A DNA stretch of 64,000 nt, from NCBI RefSeq assembly GCF_009914755.1, contig NC_060927.1; one strand, written 5' to 3'. Below are positions 25,564 through 40,519 of this stretch, one piece after another. The translations under genes were made by a program, and so were the position numbers. The stretch's first letter is position 1. Every line of letters starts with the position of its first letter. The notes beneath the pieces are model-generated. The model searched no databases, was not told where the DNA came from, and saw only the letters and a list, made by a program, of their open reading frames with translations. The DNA comes from the human T2T-CHM13v2.0 reference genome, Homo sapiens.

Positions 25564-27539
25564 AGGTATCGTAAAGAAAATATGGTAACACATGGATTCT
25601 TTTTTGCTGTGCAAATTTAAATAGCATTATGGAAAATCTTCTAAAAAGAATTTGACATCATTAGAGAACAGAATGATTCTGAAATGGAAACTCATATTGA
25701 ATTCTATCCAGATGCTTCAAATCTAATTACTTTTAAATTTTTGTCAATGATTTTCCAAATGGACTGTTTTCTCCATGCTACAATGCATTTCTTGAGTTAG
25801 AGTGTCACCTTAAGACGTAACTGTGGTACTTGTATTGCTGTTCTCAGGAATAGTAGCTAAATGGAAGGTCTCGAGAATCAGACTCCCTTGAAATCCTGAC
25901 TCCTCCATTTCTTATCTATATGACTTGTGTCAGCTCCTTTAACCCCTAATTCTCAAATTTCTTAGTTATAAACATCAAAACTGGGGGGCTAATTTGGACC
26001 CTCCATTTAAGCAGTGGTTTTTGTTCTGATTACTCCCATCCTTAGGCAATACTGTAATCCTTTGAATTCTTTGTTAGGAATTGCCAGAGACAACCTGGAT
26101 TTCTTTGGTTAATATTTGTTCATACTTCCAATGACCTGCTTGCAGAATTATGCAATGTTAGTATTTTTTATCTATTGATGTTTAAACTTGGAAATACCTA
26201 AATGATATTATTGGTACCAATCTGTCTAGTAAAGCTGGAGCACCAGTTTTTATGGGCAGACGTTAAATGTCATAATATGCCAGAAGCTCGTAGCAAGAAG
26301 ACAGGAGGAGACCTTCAGGTGCAAGTATTCCCAGGTTAGAAGACCAGCTGACATCTTACTCCCTAATGCTTTTGGTGAAAGTGAGGTGTTAAACTGTGAA
26401 TAGATTGTGGTGAAATGTTGTAATGAAGTGGGTATCTGGAATGATTTACATAAGTCACTGTCAAAGCATACATTCTTTGACAGAGTATACATCCTTTGAT
26501 TTAGTAAAACTGCAGGGTAGCTCCCATTAGGTTATGGGATATATTATTGAAACCCTTTGAAGATTCTGCAAGTCAGACTTACCTTTATCTTCTATCCATT
26601 AGCCTAGGCACTTCACAGACCAAGTCTGCTGCCAGGTTATCAGAACCACATTAAGTAGCCAAATTCACCCTGAAAGATATCCATTGAACAAAACATTTCA
26701 TATTATTACATTTGGATTGCCTTGAGTCAGCCTTAAGTTATTTTGTTTCTTAAGTTTATTTTTAGTTTACTCTTAGAAACTCACAGTTTTCTTTAAAATA
26801 TATGTGAGGACATTTGTTACTATTTATTTCTTATTTTCTTTCACTACAATCCAGTTTCCATTCTTGTAAGTTCAAACTATTGTAAGTAATTGCTAACACT
26901 TTTTCAGGAATACCAGAATACTCTTAGATGACTTCTGACATTTTACCTCACAGAATATGACAAAGGGAAGAAAGTAAAATACACTATCTATTTGTTATTA
27001 TTATCTTTATTATTGCATTCACTATCTGGGTTTAGTTGTTACATTTTAATTCCAGATATATTAGAACATTTTGCACAAATACAAAATGTAGAATATCTTT
27101 GAGCAGCTTGTATAACACTTGCACCCTCAATACTGTTTAATAGGTACTGAGAGGATCTTTGAAATAAACTTCATATTTATGCAGTAAAATATTGCATAGC
27201 TGACACTGTTTCTCCTAGCCTCTGCTACTGGGACTTTACGAGGTATCACATTTCCTTTAGCAAATTTTTCATAATGCCACTGAATATTACACAGTAAAGA
27301 GCTGACCCCATCTCTTTTCTGGTATGTTATGAGCCACTTTAAGCCTGTCAACTGCTAAACTACAATCCAATGCAAAACACTGCTGTTTGCCTATGGGCTA
27401 CAATTTTTTCATTATCCAATTTTATCTGAAATCATTTGTATACAATAAGACAACTTCAGCTGCAGGGGATGGAAAGCAAAATACTTGAGCAGTTCAGATT
27501 AAAAAAATATTATTTTGATTCCCTCTGTGCCCCAATTTA

Positions 27540-27558
27540 TGGCCACTAGAGGGGTCTC
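27540..27558 (+). promoter_or_regulatory. Candidate CTCF motif
   Basis: TGGCCACTAGAGGGGTCTC versus core consensus CCASYAGRKGGC (one mismatch), in non-repetitive DNA. Confidence 0.45.
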
Positions 27559-27961
27559 TATTAATCAGCACAGCCTTCTTCTCCTGACATCTATTTAATC
27601 CTTAAAATATTAGATCCAGATCTTCCTATGGCTTATTTTCCCCATTCAAGCCACATGGTTATATTTCATGCTTTGTAGATTGCTAGAAGGAAAAATAGCA
27701 ACCTCAACCTCCTGTTGCTTAAATAATAAGACATTTACTAATGCATTAAAAAGAAACTTGTTTCAATATGTGGTAGACACACACACACATATATGTAATC
27801 AAATCAGCAGAAATGAGATCCCAATCTTTGATGTCATTGACAGCTGTCAGGATGTGGTATTACTTGCCATCATCCTTCTAATGGAGTCACAATCGAGAAG
27901 GTAAAAGTCTAAGTAGTGCTTTGATGATGAGGAAATGTGCTATATTAAACAGGACTTTTTC

Positions 27962-28196
27962 TTTTTTTTTCTTCTTTTTTTTAAAAATTTATTTATTTAT
28001 TTTTATTGATCATTCTTGGGTGTTTCTCGCAGAGGGGGATTTGGCAGGGTCATAGGAAAATAGTGGAGGGAAGGTCAGCAGATAAACAAGTGAACAAAGG
28101 TCTCTGGTTTTCCTAGTCCACAGTGTTTGTGTCCCTGGGTACTTGAGATTAGGGAGTGGTGATGACTCTTAACGAGCATGCTGCCTCCAAGCATCT
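27962..28196 (-). mobile_element. SVA, 5'-truncated (SINE-R 3' end plus poly-A only)
   Basis: 'tttattgatcattcttgggtgtttctcgcagagggggatttggcagggtcatagg...gactcttaacgagcatgctgcc'; TSD aaacaggactttttct at 27947-27962 and 28197-28212. Confidence 0.93.
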
Positions 28197-28750
28197 AAAC
28201 AGGACTTTTTCTATGACAGGTAACCTAAAACCCAACCAAAATGACATAAGCACAAACTAAATTTTTGTATACTGTGATTACAAGTCCAGGAGTAAGGCTG
28301 GCTTCAGATGGGTCTTAACTCAGGGGCTCCAATGATGTTACTAAGGCCTAATTCTCTACATCTCTGAACTTGGCTGTCTATGCATTTTCTTCATTCTCAG
28401 CTAAGCTTTCCACTCTTGATTTCTAGTTGGCTACTGCAGCTCCAGAATGTATACTTTCTCAGCTTTGAGTCCCTAAATAGAACTTTTCTCTGCTATCACA
28501 TACAAAAAATACCAGGCCTGCTCATTGCCCAAACTTAGTTGTAAGTAAATCCCCAAATCAATCACTCTGATCAAAAGGATGTTTTATGCTGCTTGACTTT
28601 GGCCAACCTAAGACCCAACCCTGAAGGTGAGAGAAAGAAAAACACCTAAAGCACAAAGCCTGAAATGTAGAATGGGTGTTTCCCCAAAGTGTGGGGTACC
28701 AAGAGATGACTGGGTACTTTACTAGGGCCCTGGATCCAGTAACTGCTACA
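28197..28750 (-). mobile_element. MLT1K/J-like old MaLR LTR (host of the SVA)
   Basis: 'aagtccaggagtaaggctggcttcag...tcaggggctccaatgatgt', 'aatcaatcactctg'. Confidence 0.55.
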
Positions 28751-28857
28751 GTTTCTTTTCTTGTTTCAGGTTTGTAATTTCTATAGAGTTGGTAAGTTCT
28801 TCCTTAATATGTCAATGGACCATTTAGTCAGTCGTCAGTCCAACACATCATCTATTA

Positions 28858-29251
<394 letters not shown>

Positions 29252-29840
29252 TTAAGCATGACAGAGAGTGAAGACTACCAATGAATTGAGGTTTTAAAAA
29301 AGTTCTTTATAGTTATCTGAGTCATCTTCATGCTATACCTTTGCCTGGAGAACCAAGATCATTTCCACGGTTACAAAGACTCACTTTTATAAAAGCAACT
29401 AAGGGTATATGAACCATCTTAGGATTTAATAATGGCCCACACCAAGCTTTTGTCTTTGTGTATGTGTAGACACTAAATGTGTGAAACACACCTCAATAAT
29501 TACTATTATTCTTATAAAGTATTTTGCTCTATGACTATTTAGTGCTTCTCCACAATCTTTTTTGTGTTGAAATGTCAGTCACACTGCCAAATAAATTATT
29601 TAAAAATTACATCTAAGTTAAGATTTTAAAACACCAAGATAACAGTTGATTAGTTAATTTTACACATTCATAAACTAGTTTTCCCTACTGTAATGAGTTG
29701 AGTGGCTGAGTTTTTGTGTCTAAACCTGTCTGGGGAGAATCTATTACCCGAAAGAGGTATGTTAGTCTAAAAGCCAAAGGCACTCCCTTTTTAATGTGCC
29801 ATCAGAAATTTTTCTGGGAGGACTATTTTTCCCTAACTTT

Positions 29841-29924
29841 ATGTGTGCATGTATGTGTGTGTATGTGTCTGTGGTTTTGTGTGTGTGTCTGTGTGTCTGT
29901 GTGTCTGTGTGTGTGTTTGTGTAT
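29841..29924. repeat. Imperfect (TG)n microsatellite
   Basis: Directly visible. Confidence 0.9.
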
Positions 29925-32900
29925 AGTAGGAGGTACACAGGGAAGAAAGGAATTGTGAGTCTATATCTAACCTAGATATAGAATACAGTAAGAACAGTAA
30001 TAGTTCTTACCATTTTAAGAACTGCATGAAGTACAATGGAAACTGCATCCAGATAATGGACTTATGGATTAAAAAAGTATCTTATTTTTGTTGTTTGTAC
30101 CATTTATAGTTTTAATACTCGAAAAGTTTGTGGTAAAGGGGGCTTTGGTGAATAAATGTGGTTAAGCTCATAATTTCAGTAGAACACTATCATTACAAAA
30201 AGCCTTCATTGGAACCACAGTGGAAGAAATGGTAGCCCACATTTTCTCAGGTTACTTAAGTGACATTAGAGCAAGGGAACACGACCGTTCTATATACAGA
30301 CTGAGGAGTATCTCGTAAACATGACTGCCATTGGTTAGGCCTGACCCATGGCCTTTCTGGTACTGAACTTGGCAGACTTTGCTTGGTTGGCATGGCTCTT
30401 TGTACCTGTTATAACCAAGTGTAATTATCCATTTGCACAGCTAAGACTGTGTCTAAACCTGTTGGGCAGAATTTTATTTCTTGGAAATAGCTCTGCTTGT
30501 CTTACAAACCACTCCCTCCTTATTGCATATATAGCACAGCTTCTTACAATTGCCAGAAAGATCCCTGTGGTGACCTCACACTGGGAGATATAAAACACTC
30601 TGCTAAATGCACATTAATAAACATTTTATGAAAGCAGAGGTATAATGCTCCTAGAAAATTATCTCTTTGTCAACTTTTGACACCTACAGAAACCCAGAAA
30701 AATGACACTCTCTTTTGTTCAAAAAGAAAGTACATGTTCACAACTATTCCATCTCTCCTCATAGTGGACAATATTGCGGAGCCAAATCTACAGGTATTAC
30801 CCTGAATTCTCCTTTTTTGCTTTATGTGGCATAAAAAGCACCTGGGGCCTGGCCCTGTCTGCCTTTCCAGCCTCATTTCAACCAAGCCCTTCTTCCAGCA
30901 CCACCCTCCAGCAACACTTAACTATTGCTCATCACAACAAGCATTGCTCATGCTGTCCCTTCAGGCTGAAATTTCCACTCTCCTCAGCTCCAGTTTAGCC
31001 CTTCTCATGGTTAACTCCTGTTCCTGAAATAATGAATGACTGGAAGAGCCGCTTTCCAATCACGGCAAGAATGTCCATTGGACCCAACCTCTCCTATAAA
31101 AGATGAACATCTCTTTTGTGAGAACAGAGTGTCTTCCCCAAAGATAGTGTCAAAATCTTAACCACTTTTGTGCTTTTTAATATCTTTCACACTTACTATT
31201 TCCGGGATGTCATTGCTGATGTCTATCTGTATTTGTTGGCTGGGAATCTCCTCTGTCTGATTCTAATTCCCACATATAGCCATCTGGCCAAGCTGACTTT
31301 CAACAATCTTTCGTATCTCTTCTGTTTTGATTATTCCCCAACACACTTCATTTCCAAGTCATTCTAATTATAAAGACAAAAATTATATTAACTTTCTTAC
31401 ATTAAATTATATCACTTCACAACTGATAGGAATTCATGATATACCAGTAAAATGAAGACTGTCGAGCCACTTTAAAGTTAATTTATATGCTTCCCTGGGA
31501 CTCTTGAGCACTTGCACTGTTTATCTCCAATAATTCCTCACAGCTGTGTGTCTAAATTCAAGGAACACTTGATATTCAACAAACTCTGTATGTATTTAAA
31601 TGTTTACTCCTTTAAACACAGAGTTTAAAAATAAAACAAACACAATAATTAGTTTGGAAAATGGAAGGAAATAAACAAATTTAACACGTAGAGTTAAGTT
31701 CAGTTAACTCAATTTTGATATGATTAAACCACTATAATGCTTCATAAGTAAATAAACAAGTACTCAGAGAACAAGTATCTGCACAGGTGACACAGTCCTC
31801 CCTCCTTTAAAAAATGCATAGATTGGCAGAAACCATTTTATTTGCATGGGAAGGCTTTAGACTTTTGTGCATATTGGTGGTATGGATTTTCATAAATGTG
31901 TTGAGAATGTTCAATTATACATGTTTTTACTTAATGGCTACTATATTCCAGGCCCTCTGTTGTGAGGGTGGGACAACAAAGAACTCACCGGCCAGTAGAG
32001 GAGATAGACACATGCAAGAAAGTGTAATACAGATGGCACCTGCAATACTATAAATATTTTATACAAACCATGTGTCAATTGCCTTATATAGGCAAGTACA
32101 AGGGTCATGAAAATACAAGGGGAGAAAAAACTTAATACTACCTGAGGTAGATAGAGGAGATTTCTAGAAAGATATTGATTTTCACAATTAACATTTGTAC
32201 TGGCTTTGAGGGTTGAGTCACAGTTCACCAGAAGTGAAACGAGGATATTCCTAGCAAAGGAAGCAGTCACATAAGAGATCCAGGAAGGAAGTGCTGGGAA
32301 TGGTGAGTGGGTGGTGGGAATGGAATGTAGGGTGTGGAGGGGCACTAGTCGTGGCAGGGCTGAAGCTGTAAATGTCGAGTAGAGCATAATCATGAAGTGC
32401 CAGTAGACCAGGCTGCAAAGTATTTGGACCTGGAGGTTGTCAGAGAATTATCAAAAGAGGAACCAGGTCTCCTATTTTAGAGATTCTTGGTGCTAGACCT
32501 CTGCTGATGGAAAAGATACTATTCTTCATTTTAGCATTTTCTCATCTTCATTTTTCAGCAACTAGTTTGTATGATGAACCCCTCAAAAATGTCTACATTT
32601 TTTGTAGAATGCTTCTTTTATCCACCTGGCTTGCTTGAGAGGACTTAGGGAAGCTCATTTCTTTGGCTTAAGTCTAAGTCTCCTAACATGATATGACTGC
32701 ATTACCCAAAAAGACATTTCCTTGAAAAATGCTTTATAGCCATTTATGTCCAAGAAGAAGTTTCTGAGATATATTCTTGAGAGCAAATTCCGTAAAAGTG
32801 AGAGGGAAAGATTGTCTAGGAACACAAGGCACCTTTTTGATAAATGAAAAAATCTCTGTGGTTCAGCACTTTGAGTGGATCCTCTCTTTTGTGGGCCTTT

Positions 32901-34647
32901 CAGGCTTCTTGGCACTGCTGGATTCTTCCCATTGAAACGAGACACTTAGCAGGGAATAGAAACCCCAGTTGTCCAGTCATCTCTTCCATCCTTATTAACA
33001 GAGCAAAAAGAATTGGGATTTTTTATATATTCCACTTACTTAGAAAGTCAGAAAATATTAAAATGTCATCTCTGTATTTGTCACAGGCATTATATCAATG
33101 CCTTGTCAACAGCTATTCCAAAATCAGTGTGTCATTTTGCCTTTGTTAGAACTGAAACACTTAATTTATTAATTCTATTTCAGCTATGAGTTTATTTCAC
33201 TGTCACTAATAGGATGAATGATTCAGACACTGCAGTTGTTTTCATCTCTTCACCTTGGGAGTAAGAATGACAATACATGCTAATTCTAACACAATGAACA
33301 TTTAAATGTGCAGGAAATTACAGGGTGACTGAGTACTTTATAAAGAAAAGAGTTCATTTCCACCACATATAATAAAAACTCAGAACATTTCTCTGATTTT
33401 ATTACAAATTCTTCAATAAAAATATTTTTATCAAATCCGGTCAATACACAGGGTACATGTTTATTTATTCCAGTTATTTTAGAAATTTTATAATCCTATT
33501 GTAATTGTTTTGAGACAGGGCACTGTTGCTTACATTGTATCCTACTGATATTAAGACATATCTATATTTAGTAGTTATATTATAAAGGACATAATATTAT
33601 CCACCCCTGTACTAAAAATGGCCTATTTTAACAGGGTTCCAAATAAATTCCTGCTGATAAATGAAAGGAGATAATATAGCCACAGAATATTAACCTGACA
33701 GAGATAAAAGTACAGAATCAATGTTTGTTAGAAGTCAACCAAGTGTCTACTCTTGGGCTAAACGCTTTAAAAATTATATCTCATTTTATTTTTGGCAACA
33801 TTGTAAGACTGATAGTATCCTCATTTGCTCTTTAAGAAAGCGAATCTCGGAATGGTTAAAAAATTTACTCAAAGTTACACATTTAAGCAGTATATCTGCC
33901 TCTGTAGTTACTTTATCTTTGTAGAAACTTCATATATGAAAAAGAACTAATCGAGGATGAAAATGTGTTAAAAAAAAAAAAAAAAAAAAGCAACAAGGCC
34001 TAACTTGTTCTCAGGCAGAGGGAAGGATGGTGAGGAAATAGAAAAAGTGTCTTGAAAGGTAGGCTTGCCAAATACATAATTTAGAATGTTAAGGGGGCCT
34101 CAAAAATTGTGGAATCCGCAAGTCCAACAACAGCTGTGTCTGACAGAAGTTAAGTGATTTGCCAAAAATAAAAAACTGAGAAGTGACAAGTTAAGAAACA
34201 AAGACCACAAGGGTTATGGTTAAGAAGTGACAACTTAAGAAACAAAGACCCTAGGTTAATCAACCTAGGGTTGATTAACAAGCTTTGATTAAGCACTTAC
34301 TGCATGCAAAGCAGTGTGCTAGGCTGCAGAGACATAAAAACATACAATACACCCGAGGAGATTTGGGCCTTCCCTTGGGCTGGGAGCTGCCCTGTGCTGT
34401 TCCTGTATCACCTAGCTGCCAATACAGAGCCACACATTTGATGAATTTGAGACCTTTTAATCTCAAAACAGCTAACTTCTTAGAGTTGCCAGTCCCAGAG
34501 CATTTACCATTTATGCACTACTGTGTTTAAATGTTTACCAATAAAAACATTTCAATAGCCCTCTAAAGCTTGTAATTTTATTCAGAATATTGAGCCTGAA
34601 TTTATCTTGTTCATGTGTTTCTTTGGCTAGCATCTTTCTTCAAAATA

Positions 34648-35056
<409 letters not shown>

Positions 35057-37019
35057 TAGTGAGTAGATTCAAAGATCAGCTAATAAGATACTAGTTATCT
35101 TCTCATAACAAATCCCAGAACAAACTATCCAATAATATACTTTCAAAGCTGGAGTGAACCTTAGAAAGCATTATAATATCATCACTGCTGTCATTATCTC
35201 CTTAAGGGACTTTACAGTGGGCCTGGTTATTTTAATTTTTAACTGCCCTCCTTACAGTTTAGACTTTGAGGGGAATAAGAAAGGAGAAATAATCTACAGG
35301 AAGGAATGAGGCCACTGAGATTGAACTGTTTATTCTAAGTAAGAAAACTGGTTAAGATAAATGGTGGACTGGAATCCCGGTGCCCTCTCTCTATTTCACT
35401 ACTATCTGCTCTCTACCAAGCTGCCCCTTCTTTCTCGTCCCACCATGATGCCCCTGCCATGTGAGGCTTCCCTCTGCTAGCATCCCAGTGTACCTTTAAA
35501 AATTAAACTATAGTGTGAATGATAAAACCACTGCAAAATTGTCTTTCATGCCTTGAGATGGTGTTTAAATCTGTTTAATTCTTCACAGGGGTTTTTTAAT
35601 GGATATCCTGTTTTGAAAGTAATTATCAAGTTGAATAGAATATTGTTATTTCCAAAGCCATCCTAAAACTTATTTCTACTGTTCAAATAAGAAAATTATT
35701 TTAACTTAATTTTAACCACCTTTTGAACTTTATAGAGATTAGAAATACATGGACTCAAAAGACATTTAAAAGAGGAGCTATTTGTATTCTAAAAATCTAT
35801 ATATGCATACTTTAATATGATTGATAATCTATTGATTTATTTAAGGACATGAGTACCTAGGTGTGAAATATTTAATTTTAGTCCTTAGTAATAATTCTTA
35901 AATACTTTATCTCTCAGGTTTCTCGTATGTAAAGCCATCTCTCAGGGTTTTTGTTTTTGCTTTTGTTTTTGTTTTGAAGCTTAACAAAAACAAGGTTTTT
36001 GAGTACCCGGACCCCTTCATGGTACAGCGTAGAAAATGAATAAACGATAGTTTCCTGCCATCCATTAATCCCATCATCAGCAAAACTTTATTCTAAAATT
36101 CAAAGAAATTTTTAATAAGCACATTTGCTGTAATGTTCAAGATACTTTGGTAAAAGCAAATTATAAAATATACTTGTATGTTATAGCTGCATTTAACTAT
36201 GAATGCTGCTAAGAAGCTTTTGATTTTAATTCTATTCAAGGATCAAAAGTGCTGTGCATAAATTTAAGTGTATGATTTTATGGGTTCATGGATTTTCCTT
36301 TCCATTGTCGCTTCTTTACAACAGTGTTAATTAATAAAAAGAGATATGATCTTTTTTATGCATTCTCCAGCATTTACTATACTCATCTGTTTATAAAAAT
36401 GGTTTCCCCTTTCCATTTTCTTTTTTAAATAATTATAGAAGTTTGTGCAAATCTTAATTGTCTAAATGACTTTATGAATTTCTGTTTAGTCACATAAATC
36501 TTCATGAAACTTTGTATCATCTATTACAGATATCAGATAATTCCAAGGCATCAGATTTGTAAATAATTATCAATAAAAATTTTGAAAACATTTCCCAAGC
36601 TTTCCATTCTAGCATTTAGAAGATCAACCAGAAGACAAAAAGTCAGAAAGTCAGAACATAATGTACAACTGTCTTTACTTTTCAAATGGAACTTTAAAAA
36701 CTCCAGAAAAGCCTACATGGCATAAATCATTTTTGAAACAGATTATTTTCCTGTTTTATTTTTCCTCTCACTGTATCAGCCCATCAAGGATGTTTGAAGT
36801 ATTTTTAACCCTGAACTCTGCAATCTAGTGATCGAGCAAATTATTGGCAAAAAGAGCTGCCTGTGCATGCCATTGTGGAGTTCAGCTCATTCATTCATGC
36901 TATCCCCAAAATGTTTACTCTTATGAAAAAGGAAATAAAGTAGTGCTAAAGGTTAACTTTTTATTCACAATATAAAGCCTTAAATCTTAATCCAGGTAAA
37001 TGTATGTGCCTATTCTAGA

Positions 37020-37132
37020 GAGGATGACCATATGTCCAGATTTGTACCTGTTGTCCCAGAGTAATTATGATTAGTGGCCTTTTTGTCTTCCAAATTGTCC
37101 TAGGTTTAATGATAGATTTAAAAGTCACCTTA
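37020..37132. mobile_element. MER94-like hAT fossil
   Basis: 'aggatgaccatatgtcc...cctgttgtccc...aagtcacctta' terminal repeats. Confidence 0.55.
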
Positions 37133-37197
37133 ATTTTTGGTAATGAGCCTAATTACAAATAGCATGTATATTAATTGGTATAAGGATATGAACTTTT

Positions 37198-37492
37198 GGC
37201 TGAGTATGGTGGCTCACCTATAATCCCAGCACTTTGGGAGGCTAAGGTGGGAGGATCACTTGAGCCCAGGAGTTCGAGACAAGCCTGGGAAACATAGGGA
37301 GACCCCATCTCTACAAGAAACTTACAAATTAGCTGGGTGTGGTGGCATACACTAGTAGTCCAAGCTTTCGGGAGGCTGAGGCCAGAGGATGACTTGAGTC
37401 CAAGAATTTGAGGCTGCAGTGAGCTATGATTGCACCACTGCACTCCAGCATTGGTGAAAGTGAGGCTCTGTCCCCTCCAAAAAGAAAAGAAA
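37198..37492 (+). mobile_element. AluJ
   Basis: 'ggaggatcacttgagcccaggag', 'gaggctgcagtgagctatgat'. Confidence 0.88.
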
Positions 37493-38219
37493 TGAAGTTT
37501 TCTATTCCAAGAGGATAATGACCGGAAGTGAGAGTATGTCATAGTTATATTCAAAATAAGGTTGATGAATTTTTATTTTTATCTACAACTGAATAATAAT
37601 TCTAAAATTTATCGAAGTTGAACATTTCTTTTTACATAAACCACATATTCTCTGGTGTCCTTGACAATTTTTCAGTGTAAAACATTTAATAAAAGCAAAA
37701 CAAGGGGAATATCAAAATTATCTGTAATCCCACTTTCTAGAGAGGATAGTTTGCCATTTTTCTGTATAACTAGATACATATCTTTTTGGCAAAATTGGGA
37801 TTGTACTATTTATACAGTTTTGCATTTTGCTCTTTTTCATTTGTCATCATATCATGACTATTTCACTGATTAACTATTCTCCAAAATATACTGTTCATTG
37901 CTGACACATAATGTTCCAGAGTAGGTACATGTTGCTGTTTATATAGCCATTGCCTTAATACTGCACATTTACAGTTCTGCCAATGCTTTCCTATTATATG
38001 ACTAAATGTATCTGCATTTGCCTGTACAAAACATTAATTAGATGAAATATTTACCTAAATTTACTTGACTGAAAAGTAAGACAAAGTATGCAATATACTT
38101 TTAAACCCATTTATTTCAAGATGAAATCATAGATTGCTTTTTCTTTCTTCCAGTGGTTAAACTTTAAAAATTGTTCATGTTTCCCCTGCATTTTTATTTG
38201 GCTTATTTGAAAATATACA

Positions 38220-39045
38220 GAGAATGACCTAGCAGATTTCTCTACTTGGATGTCCCAAAGATATTTCAGTCTCAGATGCCCAAAACTGAAATAGCATTCT
38301 TCCAAATCTCTTCCTACCTTGTGTGCCCTGGTAAATGGCATCTTCATTTATCTGACTTCCCAAGCTGGACCTGGCTCATGCAGCCCGCCCTGGTTTTCCT
38401 AATAGTTATCTGCCCTTTCTTGGTGCTCTTGTTTGGGCCCTTGTCATTTCTTGCCAGGACCATTGCAAAAGCTTACCGAACTCTCTACCTCTACTCTGAA
38501 ATGTTTCCTGTTTATTGTCCTCAAAACCAATAAAATGATATTTCTGAAACATAATTCTTAGAATCAAATAAACGGGTTTAGAATTGTCAGTGACTCTTCA
38601 TTCCCTACAAAGTAAAATCTAAGGTCCTTTAAAAGGTGAATAAGACCCTTCATGACACAGTTCCTTTCTCTCCATCCAACTTCATCTTCTGCCCTTCTGT
38701 CGTCTAAGTAACAACACTGACCTTGCAATTCCACAAACTTTCCAAATCCTCTCCTACATTTTTGCTTTTCTTTCTTTCAAGAATTTCCTCCTTCCCTCTC
38801 TAAACCTGTAAAATTCCTACTTATCCTGCAAGTGTGAATCAAATGACAGCTCCTCAGAAAGATCTTGATGCTTCTTCTCTGACATTCTTAACACCATAGT
38901 GTGTATATATCGCTATTATAATATTTATTGCCTTTTATTAAATTAACTTGTACCTCTATCTTGATGTAAGGGACCAATGCTTAGCAAAGTGCATGGCACA
39001 TAGTAGATAATCAATAAATGCATGCTAAGAGAATGAATGAATGAA
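38220..39045 (+). mobile_element. L2 fragment
   Basis: 'tctctacttggatgtccc'; end 'gcacatagtagataatcaataaatg...gaatgaatgaatgaa'. Confidence 0.7.
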
Positions 39046-39524
39046 GTAGACTTGAGAAGAAGCTGAGAATTCAGCTGGGCTCAGCTTCTCAGTGAATAGT
39101 TTGAATGTATTCGGCAATGTTAAACTCACTGCTTTTGGAAGCCACTCTTGGATTTTGAATTGTCATAGATAAGTGCTGTCTTATAGAAATATAAAGTAAA
39201 ATAAGTCATTTTTAATTATCTAATAACCATGTTTATAAAGGTAAAAAGACACAGGTGAAATTAATTTTAATAATATATTTTATTTAATTCAACATACTCA
39301 AAATAATATTTCAAAATGTAAATCAATATTTAAAAATATTAATAGGATATTTTGCATTTTTCATACTAAGACTTTGAATTCCAGTGTGTATTTTAACTTC
39401 CAGTTTATTTCAATTTGAACAGCTAAATTTGTTTAAAATATTTGATCTGTATTTTGTTGAAAAATGTAGTTAAAAAGGTATATTCCCATACCTAATTGTT
39501 TCAAACCTGCTTAAAAGCTTTTCA

Positions 39525-40212
<688 letters not shown>

Positions 40213-40223
40213 TTACAAATTTA

Positions 40224-40519
40224 GGCCAGGTATGGTGGCTCATACCTGTAATTCCAACACTTTGGGAGGCCAAGGCAGGAGGATCACTTGAGGCCAGGAG
40301 TTAGAGACCAGCTTGGGCAACATAGTGAGACCTTCTCTCGACGAAAAACTTAAAAATTAGCCAGGTGTGGTAGTGCATGCCTGTAGTCCAAGCTACTCAG
40401 GGGCTAAGGAGGGAGAATCACTTGAGCCCAGGAATTCGAGGCTACAGTGAGCTATGATGGTGCCACTGTACTCCAGACTGGGTGACAGAGCAAGATCTTG
40501 TCACAAAAAAAAAAAAAAA
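40224..40519 (+). mobile_element. AluJ
   Basis: Full dimer with A tail. Confidence 0.9.

Noticed and set aside
31941-32393. 150-aa ORF
   Set aside because: Overlaps degenerate L2-like sequence; no recognisable protein features.
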